A DNA stretch of 64,000 nt from Macrostomum lignano (lineage: Eukaryota): NCBI GenBank assembly GCA_002269645.1, contig NIVC01003902.1, positions 6,560 through 70,559 of the forward strand. Direction: 5' to 3'. The notes under the pieces are model-generated. The model saw only the letters and a program-made list of their open reading frames with translations, searched no databases and had not been told where the DNA came from. Both the position numbers and the translations under genes were made by a program. Each line of letters starts with the position of its first letter. Position 1 is the stretch's first letter. This document shows, in pieces, positions 1-13,429 of this stretch.

Positions 1-2847
1 TTTTATGTTCATACTTGAACATAAAACTTCAAATTTCAATCTAGTAGACTTGAAATTTTCAAATAAGCCTACTACTAATACTAGCTTCAAATCTTTTATA
101 TCAACCTTAAATAATAATATTATAGATTCAAATCTTAACAAATCTGATCTAAAAGCTTTTTGTTTTAGTTGAAGCAAGGGGCTATTTGTACCTTGGTGCA
201 CCCTTAGAAAACTGTCATAGTTGGCAAGAAGCACTATTGCCCATTCTATTAACTTTTCTAATCTAAGCAAGTATATAAGATATATATAGCCAATGTGCAT
301 AAGCATATACTCATATAGGAGTATACATGTACAATAGCCCTAGGGCCTAATATTTATCATTGGGCATGTATACTTTAATGTGCCTTAAGGGTTGGTCTTC
401 AATAATATCAAATATGACCTAAGCTACTATGAATACTACTAGCTATTACTACCAAACTGATTTGCTTTAGATGCCATTGGCATTTTAGATATTCGCCAAC
501 TAGGACTACTAGTATACTAGGTCTATATGCATAATGCAGTATAATCTAGAGCTCTATCTCCATGGCTCTATAAAGGAAAATTCCCTAGATTGGCTAGGAA
601 TAGGCCTAGAAAATAGTATTATCCTATTAATGATAGCCCTTTAGGCTAATATGTTTATATTAAATAGAAAATTTAAATATGCATGTATAAGAATAGACCT
701 ACTACTAGGCCTACTAACTCATTAATAGGCATATTATCTGATGGCTAAAGACAAAAGTATATAATATCCTATATATAAAGCTAAGTGGACTAGCCCCTTT
801 AATGCGTATCTCCTCCTAGATAGCTGCTAACTCAAATGCAGGACATATAATATAATATATAATTTCTGAAATCGATAACATAGATACCTAAGATACCAAA
901 AACCATTTTTAGTATATGGTCTATGGATTTAGTAGTATAGGTAGATTGTGGATCTATAGCAAAAATAAGATATATATATAACTAGGCCCTAAGATATAGG
1001 TCTTACATATATTATAAGAACTATATAAAAAATAGATCTTAAAAATTCAAATACTAGCAAAAATTATATTCTGCTATACAGATAGAATTTAGATTGGGGC
1101 TAGTCAGAGTGGCAGATCTGATCATGACATGGGCAAGGAGACCATGGTCTTTCTACCTTAACTAGGGCCAAAAAATAGGCCCACCATAAATTTTTGTCAG
1201 GGCAGCCAGGCTTTCACAGTTTTTGTCTGGATGATAAACTATTGTAGTCAACTGACAGATCGTGGCCGTGGCCGCCGCCGACGACATAGGGTTAGTCGGC
1301 TGTTCGGCTACTAACTCCTTCATCAAAGTTTTGCTAAAATTCAGAAAAACAAAATTTTAGGAATAAAATTATAGCACTGAAATTTAGTATTTAGTTTACT
1401 TTTTTAATTTAGTTCTAGTTTTTGTTTAAATGTATCAGAGTAAGATGTGTCCTGAGCATAATTTACTGCGCAAACTCAAATAAACTTCATTTTGACAGTC
1501 GAAGCGCGCGCATTGATTAACTGTGTCTGTATTCCTATCTCGGCCAGCATTCCCCCAGCAACTAATTGTACAGGCATGATGTTCAAATGTAACTAGAAAT
1601 CAGCGCCCTCCCCATTGGGAAGCAACAAAAATAGAATAAAAATATTTAATACCTTACATGTAGCTTCTGACCTCTCAAGTCTCAGCATTAATGTCATGTC
1701 TTGAATCAAAAAATTATTATTGATAGTGATAGGTCTTTTCAGGCTTAATAATGGCTATTCATTTTCAGTATTTTGTTCAGATGAAAATCTAAATATACTA
1801 AATCTCTAATATTCTATATACTAGTTTTGCACTGTTTGTTTGTCTATCATTGATTTTCTCATAAATTACTATTTTTAATATAAATACAACCTAATATGTA
1901 ATTTTCTAACCATTTTCTATACTTTTTCAATGCGACTTATAAATTAAAAATTATTGTAAATATTTTACCTGTTTATTAATGCATTCTACCTTCCTTTTTA
2001 TACTAATCAGTTTGACTTAACTAGCTAACTGATGGTACTAGCATCTAGCACCAACAATCACAATATATTTTTTCAGCTTACTAAACTAAAGTTACAATAT
2101 AGCCATGGATATAAAATACCCTGTCTTAATTTATACTGTATTTTTATTTGATATTATTTTTATAAAAGAAAAACATTACACAATTTCTCTTTGTATCACT
2201 TTGCTTTATCTAATGATATTGTAGTGAATCGGCATTTTGTTTTAGATAACATCTAAGTATAGATCAGCCTAGCCTAGTATAGTAGTGATGTAATATAATA
2301 GAACCTGATATACTATAGGATAGGCACCTCTTTATAAAGGTTAAATGCTAAAACAGACTAAAAAAGGCCTGTCTACATAACTATTTTGACAATTGCATTA
2401 GTCAAGTCCTTATCTTAATTTTAATCAATCATATAGGCCTAAAGTAGGCCTATGATAAGTAAATATAAGTTATTATACAAGTGTTATTTAAGAAGATTAG
2501 AGGGCCTATTGGTTTTTAAACAGAATAGTATAATAAAGTATGACAACTTTGATTAGATAAAAACTATTATTATATAACATAAAATTAATGAAAGCAAAAA
2601 AATGTTTTTGTTAAATTTAGTAGCAATCCATTTTTTCCTTGTTTTTTTAATTGATTTGTATATAATAAATACTTAGATCTAAATAAATATAAAATTTATA
2701 TGCATTTCAGCTTTGAATCTTCTTACTATGCTTAAATCAGATCAGCTGCTAAAAGCTTCAAATTTAAACAGAAAACGAAAAATAGTTATTATATTATCTT
2801 ATAGTTCCAATTAAGAATAAGTAAAAATTCTTTGTTTAATTAAAAGG

Positions 2848-4791
2848 TTGGCTGTCTTTGTGGCTAACCCAGCAATTGCTAAGCTGGAGCCAACTTGGCA
2901 GCATCATCATAGCAGCAGCTGCCCACTAATAGGCATTGGCAATCCCCTATTGGACTTGACTGTTCACGTCCAGCCTGATGTTTTGCAACAATACAAACTT
3001 GAAGAGAATAGCCAGTGTTTGGCTGGACAGCATCATGACAGTCTGTTCGATGCTATCATCAGTGGCCAGTTGGGCTCTTGTGTTCGGCTGCCTGGTGGAG
3101 CCACTATGAATTCTATTCGGGTGGCCCAGTGGCTGCTAAGTGAGTGATACAGTGCTTATACATGAAAATTTAAAACTGCACCTCAAAAATAGACTCGAGG
3201 ACTCGAGGTACGAAACTACACCTTGATTTTTTGATACAATGTACATCAGATTGTCTGTGTAGAAGTATCAACTTCCGCTGCCTTTAAAAAGTTTGATATA
3301 ACTTAGCTAGATTGGTGAGTGGGCTTGTCTCAGGTTTGGTTTCAACCTTCAGGCAATGGCGACAGCAGATCCTCAGTCACTGGATTCCTTGGCGCAGTTG
3401 GCACTGACGAAGCCGGCCAGTTGCTGTTCGATCTAGCTGGGCGAGCCGGCCTCCAGGCCCGATTAGAGCGAGTGTCCAGCAAGCCAACTGGCATCTGCGC
3501 CGCGCTCATCACTGGCCAGAATCGGACCCTGGTGACTCGGCTGGGCGCTGCGCTGCATTTCAGCGACGCCCATCTGGCTAGCGAGCCGTGCCAGTCGCTG
3601 GTTAATCAAGCTCGGATGCTTTACATTGGCGGATTCTTTTTCTCGTCTAATCCTGGCGCTATTGCTCGATTAGTGAAACTGGAGGGGCCGTTGATTGCTA
3701 TGAATTTGCACGCCACTTTTCTGTGCGAAAATTTTGCCAATCCTGAGGTGAGTATGGTATAGTTGCAGATTAGTATATACTCGTATATACTTGCTTAAAT
3801 ACGAGTACCATGGGTATTTCCTGTTGTTATTGCCAGCAAGCTAATAATAGAATAAAACCCTAAGCCAGGGAATTTCTAGAGAGGTCTTGAGATTTATTAT
3901 CTAGGCTGGGATCTAGAGATTGAGGATCTGGGCATGACTGACATCTAGAGATTGAGGATCTGGGCATGGCTGACATCTAGAGATTGAGGATCTGGGCATG
4001 GCTGACATCTAGAGATTGAGGATCTGGGCATGGCTGACATCTAGAGATTGAGGATCTGGGCATGGCTGACATCTAGAGATTGAGGATCTGGGCATGGCTG
4101 ACATCTAGAGATTGAGGATCTGGGCATGGCTGACATCTAGAGATTGAGGATCTGGGCATGGCTGACATCTAGAGATTGAGGATCTGGGATTGGCTGACAT
4201 CTAGAGATTGAGGATCTGGGATTGGCTGAGATCTAGAGATTGAGCATCTGGACTTGGCTGACATCTAGAGATATTGAATCGAACCATCGGTAGCTGCTCT
4301 CTCGTATCGACCTGCTGTTCGGCAACGAGCGCGAAGCCCTGACTCTGGCGCGTCATCTTGCCGACTGCGGCGACGCAGAATTAGCCAAACTACCGCTGGA
4401 CTGCGGCCAGAAGAACTCAATGATAAGTGACGATCTGCTTCTTCAACTGGCCGGCATCATTGTTGGCCGTCTGCGTCAGAGCCGTCGGCCGCGGGTGGTG
4501 TTCACCCACGGCGCCAAGCCGCTGGCCTTTGCCGCTGGCGGCAGCGGCGGCCCCGTCGGCCACCCGGTGCCGACAGTTGAACCAGCTCGAGTCCGCGACA
4601 CCAACGGCTGCGGCGACGCTTTCGTTGGCGGCTTTCTAGCCGGCGCTGTCGAACAACTGTCCGATCCTGCCTGCGTCCGGCTCGGCCAGTACGCGGCCGA
4701 AGTTGTGATTGAGCAGGACGGCTGCAGCCTGCCAGATTGGGAGCCGCGACCGCCGCCGTCGTCTCAGCTGGACTTGCCGTTGGGTAGCTGA
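2848..4791 (+). CDS. ADK: Adenosine kinase (PfkB family), three coding exons visible; start codon not located
   Basis: Exons about 2847-3139, 3353-3747, 4294-4791. GT-AG introns with matching phases (A|GC phase 1; GAG|CTG phase 0). Motifs GIGNPLLD, GGATMNS, LFGNERE (NxxE) and DTNGCGDAFVGGFL match adenosine kinases. Confidence 0.92.
3911..4272. repeat. 32-bp minisatellite (ATCTAGAGATTGAGGATCTGGGCATGGCTGAC) x about 11 in ADK intron 2
   Basis: Directly visible tandem units; ends about 20 bp before the exon 3 acceptor. Confidence 0.95.
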
Positions 4792-5335
4792 GTTACGAGC
4801 GTACGAGGCACGAGCGGAGTAACTTCAATATATGTGCTGCAGAAACCCCAGCTTTTGAATTGCATGCCGACCTCGTCTCTCCATTGATCAATATAGTTTA
4901 CTGTTTAGGTTAAGCGGTAGTATTTACTGTAGCATTCTTAGTCTGTCTTGGCTTCCATTTCTTTCAATCTCTTCTGTTTTTGCAATTGCATGCAGACTGA
5001 CAGATTTTTGCTTCTGTTCAGCTATTGCCCTACGTCCACGTGTTGCTAACTCGGGCTGCTGTAGTGTCTTATCCTATTTATTACAGCTGCTTAGTCTTTA
5101 ATTACGCGCGCTTCAAGCTAGTCAATTATAATTAGCTCATTTTTCAAATTATGTAGGCAATTAACCTTTATATATTTATTTATATGTAGCTACAATCCAA
5201 AACATGTTAAGCTCCTATTTATTCTTATTTTCCTATTTATCATGAGCCTATGATCGTATGCAATACTATGTTATTAGGCACACTGGTACAACTAAATATT
5301 TCCAGATCAATAGTTAATATGCATCTAATCTTGTA

Positions 5336-5956
5336 GCCAATATGCATAGTCTGGTAGTCAATATGCATAGTCTGGAAGTCCATATGCATAGTCTGGTAGT
5401 CAATGTGAAATGTTAATAGTCTGATAGTCAATATGGATAGTCTGGCAGTCAATGTGCATAGTCTGGTAGTCAATATGCATAGTCGGGTAGTCACTATGCA
5501 TAGTCTGGTAGTCATTATGCAGTCAATGACTTCACAATGAATAGTCATTGTGAATAGTCTGGTAGTCAATGTGCAATGTGCATAGTCTGGTAGTCAATAT
5601 GCAGTCTGGTAGTCACTATGCAGTCTGGTGGTCATTATGCATAGTCTGGTAGCCAATATGCATAGTCTGGTAGTCAATGTGCATAGTCTGGTAGTCAATA
5701 TGCATAGTCTGGCAGTCACTATGCATAGTCTGGTAGTCATTATGCAGTCAATGACTTCACAATGAATAGTCATTGTGAATAGTCTGGTAGTCAATGTGCA
5801 ATGTGCATAGTCTGGTAGTCAATATGCAGTCTGGTAGTCACTATGCAGTCTGGTGGTCATTATGCATAGTCTGGTAGCCAATATGCATAGTCTGGTAGTC
5901 AATGTGCATAGTCTGGTAGTCAATATGCATAGTCTGGCAGTCAATATGCATAGTCT
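5336..5956. repeat. About 21-bp minisatellite (GTCAATATGCATAGTCTGGTA) with about 225-bp higher-order periodicity
   Basis: Tandem units visible; the same translated block MTTRLFTMTIHCEVID starts at 5569 and 5794 (225 bp apart). Confidence 0.9.
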
Positions 5957-6899
5957 TGCAGCTAATGCTATTTTAGCTAATGGATGGATACTGTCTGAAC
6001 ACTCCCTGGATGTTTGTATTACCCAGTTGGATTCACCTGCAAGTACTGGCAGACGATGAGACAGCATGGGAACACACCGAATGAAGTTTGGCATGTAATG
6101 CTGGAAGTAAGAAAAGGAATTGGACTATTTAGTGGTAGAAAAACTTCATGCGCGCTTTGACGGCTATGTATCAATAAATATAAAGGAGAGAAGACTTCAT
6201 GATTGAGTTGGAGTCATGGAGTGTTTGTGAGTGTATTTGAGCTTTGTGCCGTCACACATTCGGTATAGGAATGTCTAAAAGGCGATGCCTCAAAAATTGA
6301 CTCCAAATTCAAAAAGCAACCCAGCTAGTAGCCAGAAAACTGCACTGGCAGTCACGCAGTTCAGCATTCATCGGAAAGTGTGGGTTGATAGTAGCTGATT
6401 GACAATAAGCTCGCTAGAGCTCAGGTATTATAGCTTATTGCTGGCTTTTATTCATAATTAAGTCGCTAGGAAGTAAAATTTATTTGTCTCTAAAGCCAAG
6501 CGGCTTAAATAGGAATATTTTTAAAGTTGGTAATGCTAAACAATACTCGTGGAATTGGATAATTATACTACTGGATAAAAAGCTTAGCGTAGTATTGAAT
6601 TTGAACCTGACGCCTGGTGGGCTGTATGAATAAATTGAGCATTTGGTCAGACTCGCAGAAAATCTAAATGCAGCATGAATACTTCTGAGCAACAGACTCG
6701 GATGCTAAGGCTGACGCAAACTTTCAGGGTCTGTATATGAATAAACTCAGGCCATACAAAAATTTGCTAAGCTGAAACGCGCAAAATATTGAGGCCAGCC
6801 AGTGTCTATGCTCTTATTTTGCTTGATTTGGGTAGCACGCACATGGACCGCTTACAAAGCTGAGCTACCAGGGAAAGCAGCAATAAGGATCCTATATAT

Positions 6900-7090
6900 A
6901 AGAAAAAACTTCGCATTGCTTTGCACAGCTTTCCCAGTGACGCCAGCAACGCCCAGAAGTGGATCACAGTTTTAGATGATCCCGACGTCAAACCTCAACT
7001 GTTACGAGCTAGACATTGTCCTCTGGTCTGGTCAGACAGAGAAACAAACCGCGTATGCCGGATTAGAAAGAATGCTTTGCCATCCGTCCC
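6900..7090 (+). pseudogene. Degenerate THAP-domain fragment (probable DNA-transposon relic)
   Basis: RIALHSFPSDASNAQKWITVLDDPDV aligns with KISLHKFPNNESAAQKWIDALSDPEV at about 22.2 kb. LHxFP...W is the THAP core. An in-frame TGA lies upstream at 6861 and the zinc ligands are not intact. Confidence 0.55.
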
Positions 7091-7628
7091 TTGCAGTCTT
7101 CCCGGCCGAAACTTCTTTGCATGTGTTTACCATTACATTCGTGTACGGGCTGCTGTTCAGATTCTGTAAGTGAATTCGCACTTGCCCTGCCACGGGAAGC
7201 CTGCAAGCGCACAATCAATCAATCGACTGCGTCGCAAGTTGCAATTTCGGACCAAAGCAGAAGTCTGCTCGACAGCAATATGCAATATACTCTATGCGTT
7301 AGACTCCATGGCTTTTGCTTATATTCACTCAATGGGCCATCTAGTGAATGTATAGGATCTATGGCTTAGACTAAGATTCCTAACTGTATAGTGCCTTTCA
7401 CAGATCCTCCGATAGAGGATCTGAGGGTTGCTCAGTCTCATAGATTAAGCTATCTTAGAACTAGACAGTTACTGCTCGCTCATTTTATTCATACGGCCTA
7501 TGATGTCTAGCTTCCACTTGATACTTTGCATTTGATAACTTGCATACGTCGTATGTAAGATTTCATTAAATAAGTACATCAAATCGTATATTGAGTTGAG
7601 TAGAATGGTTCCCATTGCAGCCAATCCT

Positions 7629-10600
7629 TCAGATTGCAGTCTCTCGATTTTCACAGACCGCATTCGCCCGTCTTTCTGACAGCCGCCCAGGGAACAGCGG
7701 CAGGCGGTGCAGGATCGGCAGGTGGCGGCTGTAGAATCTGTGGAAGGCGGTCGATTCGTAGCAGTCCACCTGCCAGCGAAGCTCTGCCTCAGTTTGGCAA
7801 CTTCCTGGTGTGACGCTATCAGCTCCTTCCGCTTCAGCTTCAAGCCCGCGCTCTTTGCGAGTCCCTGCAGTGGATGATGAGCGGAAGAGCAAAGTTGTGA
7901 TTCTGTCACTATGCTGGTTTAGGCTTTTGCAGCAAGCTTCTCGGAATGCAAGCTGTACTCGTACTTTCCTTGAAATGAATTTTAATTGCAGCATTGCAGG
8001 GTAACAGGCTCAATTGTTAACCCTCTTAGTATTAAATGTTACGTCAAATTTGGCCTTCCATATTTTTCAATCCAAAGCAGCAGTCTCGATTACACTGGAA
8101 AAAGGCATGAAACTTATTTAATTAACCTGGACTTTGATCTGGTCTGACCTGGAAGACACGAATCGAGCAGCAAAGCTGTGCCTGTGCCTACAAGCATCTC
8201 GTTGCTTAGCAAATCTTGCGCGATGCCCATTGCAATAGCTTGCGCTGAATCTGTAATTGTTTGTTTCAGGATTTTCTAAGATTGCATTCGTAATTCCTGG
8301 CCTGGAGTCGAATGCGCACAGTATGAAAACTCACCGCTCATTGAGGTGGCATCGCGGTGACGGCTCGCTTTGATCTGCAGCGGCACAACCACACCAAGGA
8401 AGACACTGAAGCCGAACACGAACGCGTTCCTCGGTCGGTCCATCCGGACGCTACTGAGGCTGCCCGCTGCGACGCCGCAGATGATGCCGATGGTTGCCAG
8501 CAACACGCCGCCGATGATCGGGTCCGGGACGCATACGAACAGCGCACTGAGCTTCGGGAACAAACCGAAGATAACCATAATCGCTGAGGTCGCGTGCATG
8601 ACTCTCCGGCTCGCCACCTTCGTCATGCTGATGGCGGCGATGTTGTTGCTGTAGGAGGTCGGGCCCACCGGCAAGCCGAAGAGACCGCTTAAGAAGCAGC
8701 CGAAGCCCTCGGCAGCAATTCCTGAGACAGGAAGTACAGTTTTTCTGTCAAAATTTCAGTCAGCGTTTTGCCTCAGTCCCTTTGCAGCATGCTTCTTTAT
8801 TAATCTTTGTCAATCTAATAATTAAAGTTCCATTTGTGAGTCAATTAAGTAGTTTTCAGTTTCTTTCTGGCTATGCGTCTAAGGATTAAGGTTGCTATTT
8901 ACCCTAGATACTACTGAATCTAGTAGCAAGTGTAGAATGTTACGCACCGCGATTCATCGGGAAGCCGACAGGCCTGGGAGAGCCGCAGAACTTGGCGCAG
9001 GTCACGTAGTCACCGATGCTCTCCATGATGGACACGAGGATGGCGCAACCGACCGCCACCACGCCCGGCCCGTTCACCGACAGGCTGCCGAACTGCAGCG
9101 GGTGCGGCACGCGGAACCAGCCGGCGTTGAGCACGGCGGAAGACTTGATGTCGGTGCGAGCGCCGTAGCCCCAGGCCTCCGGGCTGCTCGGCAGGACATT
9201 TGTCACGGTGAGCAGGTGGCACAGCGCGTACATGATGGCCATGGATAGTAGAATCTTGATCATTTTGTACATGTTTGACAGGGTTTTCCAAGTATTATTA
9301 AAAATGATCGAAGTATCCAATATATAGACTAGGAATATAGATTAGGAAGGACATTAGCTACAGACCTCCCCGCAGTAATTCTACCGTGACTTTGACAATG
9401 AAATCAAAATGAAACCATAAGCAATGATTCGAACCAGTAGAGAGATCAGGACCAAAACGACCTTAATCGATAACGAAGAGAAATCATTATCCCTTCCTTA
9501 AGCTGTCATGTTCGGAGTCTGTTCATTGCAGAGCCTTAAGTTGACATCTTCTTTTGTGAGTTGAGCTTGCAAAATGGTTTAATATGTAAGTTTGAGGTAG
9601 CATGCATTACTCACTGGCAGGGTTGAGAACGCCGCAAATCTTGTAACGAGCGGTTTCCGATTACGAATGGAGAAGTAAGGGATCGGAATTTTGACTCGGT
9701 CGAGCACATAGGTAAACACTATGATCAGAATGCAACATCTGAAAAATGTTAAACAAGGCAGAAGTAACACACAGTACTCCTTTCGAGACATGCTAGGAAA
9801 AAAGTTACACAAATTTCTCACACGATCGATATGTAGAACTGCGGCGCACACAGGTTCAGAACGGCGCCCATGACACTGAAGCCGATGAGAAAAATTGTTG
9901 GCGCCACGACTAGAGGACTGACGAATCGCAGCAGGTGACTCATCACTCCGGTGCTGCCGATGAGAAGCTGAACGATGGAGCCGGCTGCGATGGTTCCGGC
10001 CACTTGTCCGACTCGTCTGTGCCAGATCTTCTCGCCCGGCTGCGAGAAAGCCAACGTGCCGTTGTGATGCAGGGTCGCATTGTCTGGAGGAGTGGTGAGG
10101 GGTCGACGAGCACAACGCTGACATTGACGTTGCTTCAGTCCGGCTACTGATCGTTCTATGCAACTATTAAGGTCGGTTCACATTACCAGGGGTGTAATAT
10201 TTCTCAAGTTAGTTTTAAAATACGTTTGAACCAACTGTATATTGATTTCAGCAATTTCCTACCTGGGGAGCTATTAGCGATAATGTAAGCGGCCTATAGG
10301 GTCCGATCAGCCTACCTCATAGCTTTAACTTAATTAATGCCTTCGTGTCTCAGTTATTCTTCGTTTGTTCTGCCCTAGAAGACATTGACTTGTTGATTCT
10401 TAGCAGATATTGTCTTATCTTCTTGGGTTGCTGCGCAAGTACTTGCAAAAACGTGCAAGATCTTTGCTATAGTAATACTTAGGTAAACTTACCAGATCTG
10501 GGTGACTTGCTACATCGTACAAGATCTTAGCTTTTATATCTTTTTATAGCTTCGAATTGCATATTTTCTTAAATTTATTGTCCAATTTGGTCATAAAATA

Positions 10601-11814
10601 AAATATAGTTCAGCTAGAACACTTTAGCCGAATGAATAACAAAAAATGTACCTCCCATCTTAAAAGATCCTGCAAGAACCGAGCAGATTGAGAAGATCTG
10701 CTAAGAATGGCACAGAGACAAGATCTGCTAAGTTTGAGAAACAGAATGTCCTCTAGGGTGTGGCGTTTTGCTAGCCAACCAGTTATTGCGGATGCTGTAC
10801 CGGAAAGTGGGTGAGATAAAATCTCGGATAGTAATCTGGAGTCGGAGGCGAGGACTACTAAAGTAACGTAATATTTACAAGTGTCGCGTCCTGTATAATC
10901 TTGTAGAGGTCCTTGGACGGAAGCTACAGCTGAGGAGACCCCGGAAAAAAGAGGCTGCCAAGATCACAAATGAATTTTGGTTGAAATCACAAAGTTTTGC
11001 AAATACCCATTGCTGTTATTTGTGCTCCCCTGTAGAAAATATCCGTCTAGCAAACTGGGTTTTCACTTACTCTTATCCTTTCTCACCCTATAACTATCTC
11101 TACCGACGTGCACCAACGCATTGTAACAAGTTTTATGTAGCTATCAAACGTGTGCTCAAATTTACGGGTCCTCAACTTAGATGCCCCGTTCTACATTCAC
11201 AACTACGCAAGCGCACGTCCTTGTCATTGGCCCATATACTCGTAGAAGCACGAGAGTGTAGGGCCCAATATGTTAAATTGGGTACTCAATCCAATGACAG
11301 GGAGAGCCTGCAGTTACCTTTGACCTGTAGGTCCGGGCACTCAAGACTGTCTCCAGCCATGATGCCGATTGCCACAGGGTAGAACACGATGCTCGGGCCC
11401 TGAGCGATGGGCAGTCTGGTGCCCAGGGTGCACTGCACAAAGGTTGTGATGCCCATGACGAAGAAGCTGGAGGCGATGAGGTTCGATTTGTCCACCTCGT
11501 CCTGTACACAGGCGGCGTCGAACAGGATGATGACGCCGAATGCGCAGCCGCTGCTCATGATGACGAAGTGCTGGAAGCCCATGAGCAGCGTCAGGTACCA
11601 ACTGGGCTTGTCGTTCAGTCCGTAGGTCAAGTGCAAAGCTGAAGAGCAAAAAATGCAATTTTTCAACTACTCGTACTTTCTTATCTTAAAAATGCATAAA
11701 TGCCTTACCGGAACCACTTCCCGAGTTAGCCTCGGTCTCCTTGACCTCGTCATCATGATTATGGTCCTTGAGGGCCCCCAACTCGTTGACTTCCGCCTCC
11801 TTTTCGGCTGTCAT
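7629..11814 (-). CDS. SLC23: SLC23/NCS2 (nucleobase-ascorbate transporter) paralogue A, 8 exons, 614 aa, intact
   Basis: Exons 11814-11709, 11638-11318, 10083-9822, 9738-9615, 9254-8948, 8721-8335, 8250-8149, 7864-7629. All GT-AG and phase-consistent, 1845 nt in total. Motifs GFQH, LPIAQGPS, ESIGDY, NRGIAAEG, TKVASRRV, PGTRKERGL. Confidence 0.9.
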
Positions 11815-13429
11815 TGTTGCTTTTCGACCAACAAAGTCTGCCGCGCTTGTTATTTCTGCAGTTGCGAGCCGTATATCTAGCTGTGAAAAATTGTAGTCCA
11901 AATGTAAAGTTGGAAGCAGCCAGGATTTTTTCCAGCTCAAAGTGAGTAGCGAATCAGGTGCTCCTCAGATTCTTTCAGCTGTCTCTATTGCAGGAAGTTG
12001 TAGCTATCTGGGAAGAGTGTACAAAGAGATATCTCCACAAATGCAGCTCCGTGGAACCAAAAAGCCAAAGAAACGCAATGTCGTCAATTAAGAAGCTCAA
12101 CCTGTTAGTAATACAGAAGAACGCAAAGCAAGCAGATCGAGCCATGCGGTTTCATTAAAATACTCTCGAAAGCAAATGTGGAAGCACTGTACGAGCGTAA
12201 GCTATAGCTATATAGATAAGATTAGGGAGAGGAACCGGCTTAGCATTCCAGTTGCAGTTGAGAAGAAATTATGTGAGTTATTGGCAGTAAATTAATATAT
12301 ATGCATTCGGCTGGACCGCCACAAAATACCGTATATAAGAACTGACAACTCGATTAATTAGAACACGAGCGTTCAACAAAAGTACCAAGCATTAATTGTA
12401 ATGATTAGCTTTTAATTGATACTCTACAAACAGCAAAAATATCAGGGAAATACGCTAAGAAAAAAATATATGTCCAAGGAGGCGAGGAGTTTTCGTTTAA
12501 GTACGAGAGGTGTGGGCCCAATAACAGCTCATTTTCAATTCGGTCTATAGACTGGTTCTCAAACCTCTGTCATTAAGGCTCCAAATTACACTATTAGGGT
12601 TATCCATAAATTATGCATAATTTTTTAAGTCTAGAAAAATTCGATTACGTTGAACGCGTAAAGCCTTTAACGCGTTCTCTATTAGCACCTCTGAAAGTTA
12701 AGCAGAGTTGGCCGTGGTTAGTACGCAGATAAACGGGTTGCTTTCATCGTCACCCCCTCAGGTTAGCTACTGTAATCTGAAAATAGTTATACGTTAGTCT
12801 AGATTGTTTTTTGAGGCTTGTAAACAAGACAAAAATTCGTACAAAGGAAAAATCCTGAAATTACGACTACTACCAATATTTATATTTAGTTGTTGATTTG
12901 CTCATTTCAGATTTTTGCAGATAAAATATGTACTAATCATATTTTTGCAGCCAATCAAACTATGAGTCACTTCTCAGCTGTCAGTTCTTATCTCAACTGC
13001 AATGCCAGCGTTTACTCAGAATTTATGACACCCAAAGTAAGACGTCCAGTACTTCAGGGCCAGGAAATGACCAAATCTGTTATCAGAACTCACACTGGAA
13101 GCTTTTCAATGAACATGCCGCCACGAGCCGACTCAAAGTTGCTGATTAATCACACGGCAGGCTCAGCACGCAGGTCTTTAACACTATATTTTATTTGTTC
13201 AATAAAGAATACCTGGAATTGCTTGGCTTGGTCACAGAGCTACTCGAAATATTTTCTGTGGCATGCATTTTTCCAAGTATATATGGCAAATACAAATTGT
13301 AATACTGTATTCTGTATTTCCAGGGAACTGTTACGTTTCATAAATTTCTGAAAAGTCAGCTACGTTTCTTTCCACGCCCTGCTTCCAAATTTGACACGGA
13401 AAAATCCTTGTTTTCAAATTCCAAAAAGT

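Noticed and set aside
1231-1290. ATG-initiated mini-exon MINYCSQLTDRGRGRRRRHR with a GTTAGT donor, attractive as an NLS-bearing first exon of ADK
   Set aside because: It ends in phase 0, but the ADK acceptor at 2846 needs phase 2; no compatible acceptor was found.
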